From Myxococcales bacterium (lineage in GTDB: Bacteria > Myxococcota_A > Polyangia > Polyangiales > DASUME01): a stretch of DNA of 64,000 bases. The stretch spans positions 8,832,001 through 8,896,000 of the forward strand of contig JASGJH010000001.1 of the NCBI GenBank assembly GCA_047601445.1. Direction: 5' to 3'. Below the pieces are notes generated by a model, which ran no database searches, had not been told where the DNA came from, and saw only the letters and a list, made by a program, of their open reading frames with translations. The translations under genes were made by a program, and so were the position numbers. Positions 21,025 through 29,834 of the stretch are shown piece by piece. Numbering within the stretch: the stretch's first letter is position 1; each line of letters starts with the position of its first letter.

Positions 21025-22179
21025 TCAGTCCTCGGATTCACCTGAGCGCTTGAACGGCGTGCTCTCGCGGAGCATGTCCATCTGCGCTCGCACGTAGGGC
21101 TCTTCGCGCAGCACGAAGTCCGCGATGGCGCGCTGCAACCCCGGGTGCACCGCCCAGTGTGCCGAGTAGCAGGGGCGCGGAAGATAGCCGCGCTTGATCT
21201 TGTGCTCGCCCTGGGCTCCGGCTTCGAAGTGGGTCACGCCCCGCGCGAGACCCCACTCGAGCGGCAGGTAGTAGCAGAGCTCGAAGTGCAACATAGGGTG
21301 CTCGCGGCGCGCGCCCCAGTAGCGACCATAGAGGTGCTTTCCCTTGTGGAAGAAGAGCGCCCCGGCGACGGCTTCCGTGCCGTCGTGGGCGAGCGTGGCA
21401 TAGGCGTGCGGGTTGTGCGGCAGCCCATCGAAGAAGGCCTGCGTGAGGTATGCCTCCGAGCCGTGGTTGTCGATGGTGGAGTTGTAGAACTCCCACAGCG
21501 CCGCGATGTCGCGTTCGGGCAACTCGGCCACCTTGCGCATCGAGAGATCGAGCCCGAGCTCGTGAGCCCGCGCGCGCTCTTTGCGCACTTGCTTACGCGA
21601 GGCATTGCGCAGGCTGTTCGCGAAGTCCTGGAAGGTGTGCAGCTCGCCCTGATGGTCGAGGTGGTACTGCTGGCTCAGGCGGGGCGCGAAGCCGAGCTCG
21701 GCGGCCAGCGTGCGCTCTTCCTCGGTGCAAAACAGGATGTGCAGCGACGAGGCTCGCAGCTCACGGGTCGCCACGCGTGCGGCCTCCAGCAGCTCTCGTA
21801 CGATCTCGGCGCGCGGGTGGGCGGGATGGCTGAGCAAGCGCCGACCGCCTGCTGGCGTGAGCGGCACCGCACTGACGAGCTTGGGGTAGTACGAGAGCCC
21901 TGCGCCCATGGCGGCTTGGGCCCAGCCGAAGTCGAAGATGAACTCACCATACGAGTGGTGCTTGAGGTAGAGCGGCAGCGCGCCCACCAGCTCGCCCGCG
22001 TGCTTGAGCAGCACGTGGCAAGGCACCCAGCCCGTGGCACGCGGGCCAACGCTGCGGCTCGTCTCGAGCAACGCGAGGAAGCCGTGTTCGGTGAAGGGGT
22101 TATCGGGCTCGACGAGCGCGTCCCAGGCTCGTGCGTCCACGTGGGCCAGGGAGGGGGCGATCTCGACGTCGTAGGCCAC
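21025..22179 (-). CDS. FemAB-like GNAT-fold protein (peptidoglycan biosynthesis/recognition family)
   Basis: YLKHHSYGEFIFDFGWA, YYPKLVSAVPLTP, LYGRYWG, LHFELCYY, EAGAQGEHK. Confidence 0.9.
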   Translation of the reverse strand: MAYDVEIAPSLAHVDARAWDALVEPDNPFTEHGFLALLETSRSVGPRATGWVPCHVLLKHAGELVGALPLYLKHHSYGEFIFDFGWAQAAMGAGLSYYPKLVSAVPLTPAGGRRLLSHPAHPRAEIVRELLEAARVATRELRASSLHILFCTEEERTLAAELGFAPRLSQQYHLDHQGELHTFQDFANSLRNASRKQVRKERARAHELGLDLSMRKVAELPERDIAALWEFYNSTIDNHGSEAYLTQAFFDGLPHNPHAYATLAHDGTEAVAGALFFHKGKHLYGRYWGARREHPMLHFELCYYLPLEWGLARGVTHFEAGAQGEHKIKRGYLPRPCYSAHWAVHPGLQRAIADFVLREEPYVRAQMDMLRESTPFKRSGESED

Positions 22180-22250
22180 GGGGCAAGTGTAGCCTCGCGG
22201 AGGGCGCAGGTCAGGAACCGCTCAGGGGTGGCCGAAACGCGATAAACAAG

Positions 22251-22342
22251 GCACTTCGTGAGCGTAGCGAACCTCGCGGTGGGGTGGGTCCCCGGCGCGC
22301 TTTGCCGCGCTGGGCAGGGAGGTCGCGTGACCTCCCCGTGAA
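22251..22342 (+). repeat. Dispersed structured intergenic repeat (REP/MITE-like), copy 1
   Basis: TTCGTGAGCGTAGCGAACCTCGCGGTGGGGTGGG...GGGAGGTCGCGTGACCTCCCCGTGAA; homologous to copies at 42050, 47734 and 52182. Confidence 0.9.
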
Positions 22343-22346
22343 ATGG

Positions 22347-22931
22347 TCAGGAGCCGTTCGGGGGGCGGAAGGCCTTGCCGCGGTAGTAGCGCAGCTCCTC
22401 GATACTCTCGCGGATGTCGTCGAGGGCGCGGTGGGAGTTCTTCTTGCTGGGCAGCGTCACATCGGTGTACCAGCGCTTGACCAGCTCCTTCACCGTGCTC
22501 ACGTCGATCGTGCGGTAGTGCAGCCACGCGCTCAGGTCCGGCATGTACTTGTCGATGAAGCGCCGATCGTGGCTCACCGAGCTGCCGCACAGGGGCGACT
22601 GTCCCTTGTTCGTCAGGCGCCGCAGGTAGTCCAGCGTGCGCAGCTCCGCCTCGCGCAGCGTGATGGGCGAGGCCTTGACCGCCGCTGTCAGTCCGCTCTG
22701 ACCGTGATGGCGGGTGCACCAATCGTCCATGGCGTCGAGCACCGCGTCGGGCTGGCTGACCACCAGGTCGATCCCTTCGCCCTGTTCCACGAGCTCAGCG
22801 TCCGTCACGATGCACGCGACTTCGAGGATCACGCACTTCTCGGGATCCAACCCGCTCATCTCCAGATCGATCCAGATCAACGGGGGATGGTTCGAGCGTA
22901 CTGGCTCTGTCTCACTCATCGTCTGCTCCAA
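22347..22931 (-). CDS. orn: Oligoribonuclease
   Basis: LIWIDLEMSGLD, DRRFIDKYMP, HYRTIDVSTVKEL, HRALDDIRESIEELRYY. Confidence 0.96.
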   Translation of the reverse strand: MEQTMSETEPVRSNHPPLIWIDLEMSGLDPEKCVILEVACIVTDAELVEQGEGIDLVVSQPDAVLDAMDDWCTRHHGQSGLTAAVKASPITLREAELRTLDYLRRLTNKGQSPLCGSSVSHDRRFIDKYMPDLSAWLHYRTIDVSTVKELVKRWYTDVTLPSKKNSHRALDDIRESIEELRYYRGKAFRPPNGS

Positions 22932-22965
22932 TTGGGCCTATGGTAAGCGCGTTGGTTCGCGGCGT

Positions 22966-23937
22966 TCAAGGTTCACGCCACAGGGCGTCGTACAGCATCT
23001 CGGTGGTGTCGAGGATGCTAGGGCCCGGATCCTCGAGAAACTGCATGGGTAGCTCGATGATCTTGCCGGCGCCCTGGCAGGGCTTGAGGCCGGCCAGGCC
23101 CGCGTGTCGGCAGATCACGGCGCCCATATTGGTCTGCGTCACGATGACTTCGGGATCGAGACTCAGGATGCGCTCGTTGATCAGCTCGGGCCAGCCATCG
23201 AGCCCGGCCTCGGCCGCCGCGTCGCTCAGCCCCGCGTACTCCAGGATCTCGTGGTAGCTGGTGCGAGCGGCGCCGCCGTACATGCGATCGCCGTAGATGC
23301 TGATGTAGATGGCGCGCGGACGGGGCTTGCCGGCGCGGTCGGAGGCCACGCGTTCGAGGCGCTCGCGGAGGTGCCGCGCGTACTGCTCCGCCCGCTCGGG
23401 CGCGCCGATGAGATAGCCAATGGCACGGATGTTCGGCAGCAGCGTCTGCAGGCCTTGCATGTGGCCTAGATCGAACACAGGGATGCCGTGTTCACGCAGG
23501 TGTGCCACGTAGCCCGGGTCGACCAGGTTGTTGACCAGCAACAGATCCGGCTTGAGCTTGAGCACCGTCTCGACGGGCGCGCGCGATGCCAGCTGTTCCT
23601 TGCCGGCCAGGCGGTGCGCGATCACGGACTGCGTGGCGCCGTGGCTGGTGAACGCGACGATGCGCGTGGGCTCGCACAGGTCGGAGAGCACACGGTCGGC
23701 GATCATGGTCTGCGAGGCGATGCGCTCGTAGTGCTTGAGGGGCACGGCGACGCCGTGGGCATCGCGCAGCACCTGGCTGCCGTCGGGCAAGGTCTCGGGC
23801 TTGATGTGAGGGTCTAGCTCGATTGTGAGCTTCGCATCGGGCATACCGCGCCCGGTGCTCATCGACCCTCCGTAGATGGCGAGCGCGAGTGCGGCGGCGA
23901 AGCCAGCGCCATTGAGCAGGTCGAGTCCGCGCTTCAC
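22966..23937 (-). CDS. Cobalamin/iron-siderophore ABC substrate-binding protein (BtuF-like)
   Basis: ETVLKLKPDLLL, ERILSLDPEVIV and DPGP (Peripla_BP_2-like); in operon with ATPase and permease. Confidence 0.8.
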   Translation of the reverse strand: MKRGLDLLNGAGFAAALALAIYGGSMSTGRGMPDAKLTIELDPHIKPETLPDGSQVLRDAHGVAVPLKHYERIASQTMIADRVLSDLCEPTRIVAFTSHGATQSVIAHRLAGKEQLASRAPVETVLKLKPDLLLVNNLVDPGYVAHLREHGIPVFDLGHMQGLQTLLPNIRAIGYLIGAPERAEQYARHLRERLERVASDRAGKPRPRAIYISIYGDRMYGGAARTSYHEILEYAGLSDAAAEAGLDGWPELINERILSLDPEVIVTQTNMGAVICRHAGLAGLKPCQGAGKIIELPMQFLEDPGPSILDTTEMLYDALWREP

Positions 23938-24707
23938 GAGGACGCCTCCGGCAGACGAAAGCCGAGGCCACCGCCGAACACCATGTCCACGCCATACAGC
24001 GCCCGCACGCGTTCGGGCGTAATGATGTCTTGCGCGGGGCCGTGTGCGATGAGCTCGCCGCTCTTGATCAAGGCCACCTCATCCGCGTAGGTGAGCGCTT
24101 CGTCCAGGTGGTGCAATACCACCACCACGCAGCGACCCTGGCCTGCCAGCGCCCGCAACAGGACGCACAGGCGCAGCGCGTGCTCGACATCCAGCGACGC
24201 CGTGGGTTCGTCGAGCAGCAGCGTGCGCGCACCCGTGGCCAGCGCGCGCGCGATCATCACGCGCTTCTGCTCTCCGAAACTCAGCTCCGTGAATGGGCGC
24301 GCCGCCAGTCCCTGAGTGTCGGTCTCGGTCAGCGCTTCGTCGATGGCCGCCTCGTCTGCCGGGCCGAGCCGCGCGACGCTGCTGCGGTGTGCGTAGCGTC
24401 CCTGGGCCACCACGCTGCGCACGGGCATGGCCACGCGCAACAAGGAATTTTGAGGCACGAAGCTGACGAGCTTGGCGCGTTCGCGCGGCTCGATGGTGGC
24501 TGCGGGAACGCCGTGCAAGAGCACTTGTCCGCGACCGTCGAGGATGCCCGCGACGGCGCGCAGCAGGCTGCTCTTACCGGCTCCGTTGGGGCCGAGGATG
24601 GCGGTGACCTGGCCGGACTCGGCGCGCAACGAAACGCGCTTGAGCACCTCGCGCTGGCCGAGTTGCACGCTCAGCTCGCGCACCTCGAGCGCCGCGGGCT
24701 CAGACAT
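23934..24707 (-). CDS. ABC transporter ATP-binding protein (BtuD/FecE-like)
   Basis: GPNGAGKSS, LSFGEQKRV, LLLDEPTASLD. Confidence 0.92.
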   Translation of the reverse strand: MSEPAALEVRELSVQLGQREVLKRVSLRAESGQVTAILGPNGAGKSSLLRAVAGILDGRGQVLLHGVPAATIEPRERAKLVSFVPQNSLLRVAMPVRSVVAQGRYAHRSSVARLGPADEAAIDEALTETDTQGLAARPFTELSFGEQKRVMIARALATGARTLLLDEPTASLDVEHALRLCVLLRALAGQGRCVVVVLHHLDEALTYADEVALIKSGELIAHGPAQDIITPERVRALYGVDMVFGGGLGFRLPEASS

Positions 24708-25689
24708 AGATGCCTTCCTTGCGCGAACGCAGGAGCAGCCAGAGGAACAAGGGCGCCCCGAACAAGCCGGTCACCACGCCCAGTGGGATCTCGGTGCGCG
24801 AAGGAATCACACGGGTGAGCACGTCGCAGGCGAGCAAGAACACGCCGCCACCGAGGGCCGCTGCCGGCACCAGGATGCGATGGGACACGCCGACGAAGCG
24901 CCGCAGGGCGTGCGGTACGACCAGCCCCACGAAGCCCACGTTGCCTCCCACCGACACGGCGCCGGCCGTGAGCAACGCCGTCCACACGATGCACCAGCGA
25001 CGCGTGCGCGCCACATCGAGGCCGAGTACTTGGGCCTCGTCTTCGCCCGACAGCAGCAGATCGAGCGGCCGTGCCCAGAACATGGCGGCGGCGGTGCCGA
25101 TCGCTACGATCGGCGCGATCATGGCGGCTTGGCGCAGGCCCGTTCCAGAGACCGTGCCCAGCGCGAAGGCGATCACAGCGCGGCCCACCTCCCAGCTCTC
25201 TTGGGCCAAGCTGGTCACGAACGAGCCCAGGCTCAGGAACAAGTTCGAGAGCAGAAAGCCTGCCAGCAACAGGACCACGATGCTTGGCGTGGCACGCGCG
25301 ATGGCCAGTAGGATCAGGAGCGCCGCGAAGGCGCCCAGCAGGCAACCGAAGGGGAGGATCATCTCGGGCTCGAGCCCGTGCAGTTCACCGCGGATCAGGA
25401 GCGCCTGAAAGACGAGCAGGCAGACCTTGCCAGCGAAGGTCGCACCGGCCGAGGTGCCGAGGATGTCGGTGCTCGCCAGCGGGTTGCGAAAGAGGCCCTG
25501 AGCGATCACGCCCGAGACGGCGAGCGCGGCTCCGGCCAGGTAGGCCACGGCCCCACGGGCCAGGCGTAGGCGGAGGAGGGTATCGACCAGGCTTGGATCA
25601 TCGAGGGTGGTCGCCCCCGCAAACAAGCTCCCCACGAACAGGCAGGCGCTCGCCACGAGCAGCAGGACGAGCACCACGCTGGGACGCAT
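24700..25689 (-). CDS. ABC permease, FecCD/BtuC family
   Basis: QGLFRNPLAS..ILGTSAGA, GEDEAQVLGL, GFVGLVVPH, EIPLGVVTGLFGAPLFL. Confidence 0.93.
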   Translation of the reverse strand: MRPSVVLVLLLVASACLFVGSLFAGATTLDDPSLVDTLLRLRLARGAVAYLAGAALAVSGVIAQGLFRNPLASTDILGTSAGATFAGKVCLLVFQALLIRGELHGLEPEMILPFGCLLGAFAALLILLAIARATPSIVVLLLAGFLLSNLFLSLGSFVTSLAQESWEVGRAVIAFALGTVSGTGLRQAAMIAPIVAIGTAAAMFWARPLDLLLSGEDEAQVLGLDVARTRRWCIVWTALLTAGAVSVGGNVGFVGLVVPHALRRFVGVSHRILVPAAALGGGVFLLACDVLTRVIPSRTEIPLGVVTGLFGAPLFLWLLLRSRKEGIYV

Positions 25690-25856
25690 CGGCCGGTGGT
25701 AGCACGAAGATCACACACTTACCGCAGCGCGGGCTGACGGTCGGAGGAGCGTGAGCTATCGACCCAGAGCGGTTACTAGACAACCCCGACCTTGGGTTAT
25801 CTGTGTGCCAGGAAGGCGCGAAGGGACGCTGAATTCCGCGCCGTCGTGGGCTGGGC

Positions 25857-27767
25857 GTGGCAGGCTTGGCTCGAATCGATCGCCGCGAGGGAAGGTTTCC
25901 GAGGGCCTTTCGTACGCTCCGAGGACGCAGCAATTGCTGCGTCGAGTCGTATCGTCGTGCTTGTTCGCGCGTTGGTTCGCGCGCCGGTGTACTTGGGGGG
26001 GCCCTGGTGTTGCCGTGGCTTTCGAATGCGGGCGCGTTCGCCGTGGGAGTCCTGGGGGGGGGCCTGGTGGCGACCATGCTCGGCCTCGCGGGGCTGCGGC
26101 TGGCACGCCGGCGCGTGCGAGCCCCGCGGGTGGTCGCTTCCGACGAATCCGCTGACAGGTCCGAGCTGCGCTTGCGGCGCGGGGGCCTGCTCGAGCAGGG
26201 CCTGCGGAGCCATGCGCGCTATCGGGCGGTGGTGGAAGCCTCGTCGTCGTTGCTTTGGGTGGTCGATGCCACCGGCTCCATCAAAGAAGGTGGGCTGGCT
26301 TTCAAACGGCTCACGGGGGTCGATCCCGGGGCGGTGAATCCGCTCGGCTGGGTGGACGCGGTGCACGAGCTCGATCGACCGCGCTTCTTGAGCGAGTGGG
26401 GCGTCGGCGTCGAGAGTGGGCGCCCGTTCGACGGCGAGATTCGCATGCTGAACCTCGCCCACGGCCATTACCGCACGAGCTGGTTTCGGGCGGTGCCGGT
26501 GCGAGACGAACAGGGCGTGCTTCAGGAGTGGGTGCTGACGCTGCTCGATATCGAGGATAAGCGTCAGAGCGAGCGTGAGCGGCGCGAGATCGAGCGGCGC
26601 GCGCAGGAAGCGCAGCGCATGGAGAGCCTCGGCGTGCTCGCGGGCGGTGTCGCCCATGACTTCAACAATCTGTTGGTCGGCGTGATGGGACATGCCGAGT
26701 GGTTGTCACGTCGCATCGAGGCGGCCTCTCCGCTGCAGGATAATCTGCAGCGCATCGTGACGGCGGCGGAGCGGGCGGCTCAACTTTGCAAGCAGATGCT
26801 CGCGTTCGCCGGACGTGGGCGCTTCCTGGTGGAGCCGTGTAGCGTATCGGCGATCGCCAAGGAGATGCAGAGCAGCCTCGTGACGCTGGCGCCCCAGGGC
26901 ACGCGGGTGCTGGTGCAGGCGCAGCCGAACCTCGCACCGGTGGAGGCCGATCCCACCGAGCTGAAGCAGGTCTTGTTGAGCTTGGTGACCAATTCTGCCG
27001 AGGCCTTCGAGGGCTGCCCCGGGGGCACCATCACGGTGGTCACGGGTTCGCGCTTTTTCACTTCCACCGAGCTGATGCGGACCAAGTTGGGCGCGCGCTG
27101 CGTGGAGGGTGAGTACGTGTTCCTCGAGGTGCGGGACGACGGTCCGGGCATCCCGGCCGATGTCTTGCCGCGCATCTTCGACCCGTTCTTCTCCACCAAA
27201 TTCATGGGACGTGGCCTGAGCCTGGCGGCGGTGCTCGGCATCGCGCGTAGCCACCGCGGCACCGTCGACGTGACCTCCGCGCCAGGCGAAGGGACCTGCG
27301 TGCGCATGATGCTACCCGCGCTCCTGGCAGGCTCCTTCGCGACGCGCACGCCGCCGCCGGCCAGCCGCAGCGCCAAGGGCACGGTGCTGGTGGTGGACGA
27401 CGATGTCGAAGTACGCGAGCTGGCGCGGCTCACGCTCGAGGACGTGGGCGTGCGTGTGTTGGTGGCCTGCAATGGCGACGAGGCCATCGAAGTGTTCACC
27501 GAGATGCACGCTGCCATCGACTTGGTGCTGCTCGATCTCACCATGCCCGGCACCGACAGCGCGAGCACGCTGCGCGCCTTGCGCGGGTTGAAGCCCGAGA
27601 TCTGCGTGGTGCTCTCGAGCGGCTACCTGCCGGGTGACGCCATCGAGCGCATCGGCGCGTCGGGCGTCGATGGCTTCGTGCAGAAGCCGTGGCGCCCGAG
27701 CGATTTGGTCGACAAGCTATCGGGGCTGCTCGTCCGACGGCCCTCCGGACGCTTCAGGGTCGCCTGA
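25857..27767 (+). CDS. Hybrid PAS sensor histidine kinase with receiver domain (true start probably downstream)
   Basis: PAS/PAC; H-box AHDFNNLL; DDGPGI; FDPFFSTKFMGRGL; receiver VLVVDDD...LLDLTMP...KPW. Confidence 0.92.
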   Translation: MAGLARIDRREGRFPRAFRTLRGRSNCCVESYRRACSRVGSRAGVLGGALVLPWLSNAGAFAVGVLGGGLVATMLGLAGLRLARRRVRAPRVVASDESADRSELRLRRGGLLEQGLRSHARYRAVVEASSSLLWVVDATGSIKEGGLAFKRLTGVDPGAVNPLGWVDAVHELDRPRFLSEWGVGVESGRPFDGEIRMLNLAHGHYRTSWFRAVPVRDEQGVLQEWVLTLLDIEDKRQSERERREIERRAQEAQRMESLGVLAGGVAHDFNNLLVGVMGHAEWLSRRIEAASPLQDNLQRIVTAAERAAQLCKQMLAFAGRGRFLVEPCSVSAIAKEMQSSLVTLAPQGTRVLVQAQPNLAPVEADPTELKQVLLSLVTNSAEAFEGCPGGTITVVTGSRFFTSTELMRTKLGARCVEGEYVFLEVRDDGPGIPADVLPRIFDPFFSTKFMGRGLSLAAVLGIARSHRGTVDVTSAPGEGTCVRMMLPALLAGSFATRTPPPASRSAKGTVLVVDDDVEVRELARLTLEDVGVRVLVACNGDEAIEVFTEMHAAIDLVLLDLTMPGTDSASTLRALRGLKPEICVVLSSGYLPGDAIERIGASGVDGFVQKPWRPSDLVDKLSGLLVRRPSGRFRVA

Positions 27768-27788
27768 GCACAGTGGTCCGGCGGAAGC

Positions 27789-28421
27789 TCAGGAGGCCTC
27801 GCTGTCTTCGCCAATCCGGTGATCCACCAGGCGCTTCACGCTGGCGGGAATGCCGACGGCCACGCAGCGCTCCGGGACGTCCGAGAGCACGACTGCATTG
27901 GCGCCGATGACCGCGTGATCACCGATGCGCACGCCGCCGAGGATCTTGGCGCCCGGGCCCACGTCGACGTGGCCGCCGAGTTGGGGCAGTCCCGGCTTGG
28001 GGCCGGTACCGATGGTGACCTGCTGGAACAGAATGCAGTTCGGTCCGAGGCGAGCGTCAGGGTGGAGCACCACGCCGTTCGGGTGAGGCAGCACGAGTCC
28101 GCCAGCGATTTGGCTGTTCAAGGGCACGTCGGAGCCGCACACCGCGGACCAGAAGCGATGACGCAGCACCGCGAGCTTGCCCTGTGTGAAGGCCAGCATG
28201 CCCACGCCGTGTCGAGCTCGCTGATAGTCGCGCATGGCCCGCAGTACCTGGCGTGAGGGCTGCCAGCTCCAGGGCTTGCAGCCTTCGCGCTTCCAGTCGG
28301 GCTCGAGTGCAGACACCTCCGCATGGGGCGCGGCCGCAGTCCGAGGCTCGACATTCGCCTGGGCAAGCAGTGCTTCCCCAAGCTGTCGGAGCTTCTTCAT
28401 CTGGGGGTGAGGGTCGCCCAT
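27789..28421 (-). CDS. Serine O-acetyltransferase-like hexapeptide-repeat acetyltransferase
   Basis: LPHPNGVV, QQVTIG, GAKILGGVRIGDHAVIGANAVVLSDVP, VGIPA. Confidence 0.85.
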   Translation of the reverse strand: MGDPHPQMKKLRQLGEALLAQANVEPRTAAAPHAEVSALEPDWKREGCKPWSWQPSRQVLRAMRDYQRARHGVGMLAFTQGKLAVLRHRFWSAVCGSDVPLNSQIAGGLVLPHPNGVVLHPDARLGPNCILFQQVTIGTGPKPGLPQLGGHVDVGPGAKILGGVRIGDHAVIGANAVVLSDVPERCVAVGIPASVKRLVDHRIGEDSEAS

Positions 28422-28617
28422 GTAGGAACCGTGACACCGTCGCGAGCGCACCGGCAACCGCCGTGAAGCGAGTGAAGTCACGTTGTTTTCACGGACGCAC
28501 TGGGTCGCGCGCGAGAGCGCCGTGGGGCGGTGCAAGTCGCTACGTGCGCGCGAGGCGGCCGCATTTTTGCCTCGGCCTCGGCGCACGCTTTGCGACAGGA
28601 GAGTGTGCCGGCCGTGA

Positions 28618-29295
28618 TTAGTCGCCGAGCCTGCCCACGTAGATCACGTGGCGCGGTCCACCGCCGCGGTTGCGCACGACTTCGGTGCGGAAACCAGCTT
28701 GTTGCATGCGGCGCTCGAACGAAGGCTCGGGGTCCTCGCCCCATACTACGTAGCTGCCGCGCGCCTTGAGCGAGCGCGCCGTGGCTTCCAAGATGCTCTT
28801 GCCGTAGAGAGGATCGTGCTCCGCGTGACGCCCCTGGGTCGGTCCTAGATACAGGTCGAGGATCACTGCGTCGAAGCGCTCGTGCACTCCGCTCGCGGCT
28901 TTTCGGATCACGTCGGTGACGTCGCCGATCACGACGTTCACACGCGCGTCCTCCAGCGCTGCACCGCTGACTTCGCGCAAGGGCCCGCGACCCCAAGTCG
29001 CCACCACCGGGTTCAGCTCGGCCACCGTTACGGAGGCGCGCTTGGGCAAGGCATCGAGTGCGGCGCGCAAGGTGAACCCTAGACCGAGCCCGCCGATCAA
29101 TACGCGAGGGGCAGGGAGCTGCTTCGCGCGCTCACAACCGAGCTCGGCGATCATCGACTCCGAGCGATGGATGATGCTGCTCATCAACACCCGCCCCGAA
29201 ACCGAGATCATGAAGTCGCGCGCATCGCGCTGACGCAACTCGAGCGGCCCCTCCGGGGTGTCCACACGTTCGATGAGCTTCCAAGGCCGTGGCAT
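28618..29295 (-). CDS. Spermidine-synthase-like SAM-dependent protein
   Basis: RVLIGGLGLGFTL, VAELNP, FDAVILD; start at ATG 29295 (MPRPWKLI). Confidence 0.8.
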   Translation of the reverse strand: MPRPWKLIERVDTPEGPLELRQRDARDFMISVSGRVLMSSIIHRSESMIAELGCERAKQLPAPRVLIGGLGLGFTLRAALDALPKRASVTVAELNPVVATWGRGPLREVSGAALEDARVNVVIGDVTDVIRKAASGVHERFDAVILDLYLGPTQGRHAEHDPLYGKSILEATARSLKARGSYVVWGEDPEPSFERRMQQAGFRTEVVRNRGGGPRHVIYVGRLGD

Positions 29296-29338
29296 GCGAA
29301 GCCGGTGTTGCCACGCCATCGACACGAGGGAAAGCCGT

Positions 29339-29560
29339 AGCCGAGGCGGTGGCCGAGGCATTGGCAGGGGCCGAGGCGGTGGCCGTGACCGTGGCGGAGA
29401 CGGTGTTGGTGGCCGGAGACCGTGGCCGGAACCCCCGCCCGATCCTGTCGCGGTGTCGGTCGCGGCCCTAGCCACGACCACTGCCACGGTCACGACCGCT
29501 GCCACCAACACCGTCTCCGGCCACTGCCACTGCCACCGCCACGCTCTCCGCCACGGCGTC
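29339..29560. repeat. Low-complexity hexamer-based inverted-repeat region
   Basis: G-rich (GGCCGT/GGCGGT) half followed by C-rich half; perfect inverted pairs 29396-29413/29501-29518 (18 bp) and 29384-29395/29483-29494 (12 bp). Confidence 0.75.
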
Positions 29561-29626
29561 CGATCCCCGGTCCCGCCACGGTGTCGATTTGACTCGGTCT
29601 GCGTTGGCTCGCATGCTCGGCGCGAT

Positions 29627-29807
29627 TTTGGGACAGTGGTGCCTGTTTCTAGGGCCACTGGTCGAGCAAGCACTGCTCGATAAGGGAAGCCGGTCGAACA
29701 CCGGCGCGGACCCGCCACGGTAGAGGGCTGAATCCTCCGCGAGATGCCACTGGCGAAAGCTGGGAAGGCGCGGAGGCTAGGGCCCTGAGCCCGGAAACCT
29801 ACCCAAA
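29627..29807 (+). ncRNA. Cobalamin (B12) riboswitch
   Basis: AGGGAA (29683), CCGGT..ACCGG stem, CCCGCCACGGTA, GCCACTG (29746), GGGAAGG (29762), GAGCCCGGAAACCT (29787); lies directly upstream of a TonB-dependent receptor. Confidence 0.92.
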
Positions 29808-29834
29808 CATCGTCGTGACTCCTGTGCCTCGGGG

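Noticed and set aside
25690..25900. Second cobalamin riboswitch upstream of the btuC-like gene
   Set aside because: I could not find the AGGGAA, GCCACTG and B12-box elements in the proper order on the minus strand.
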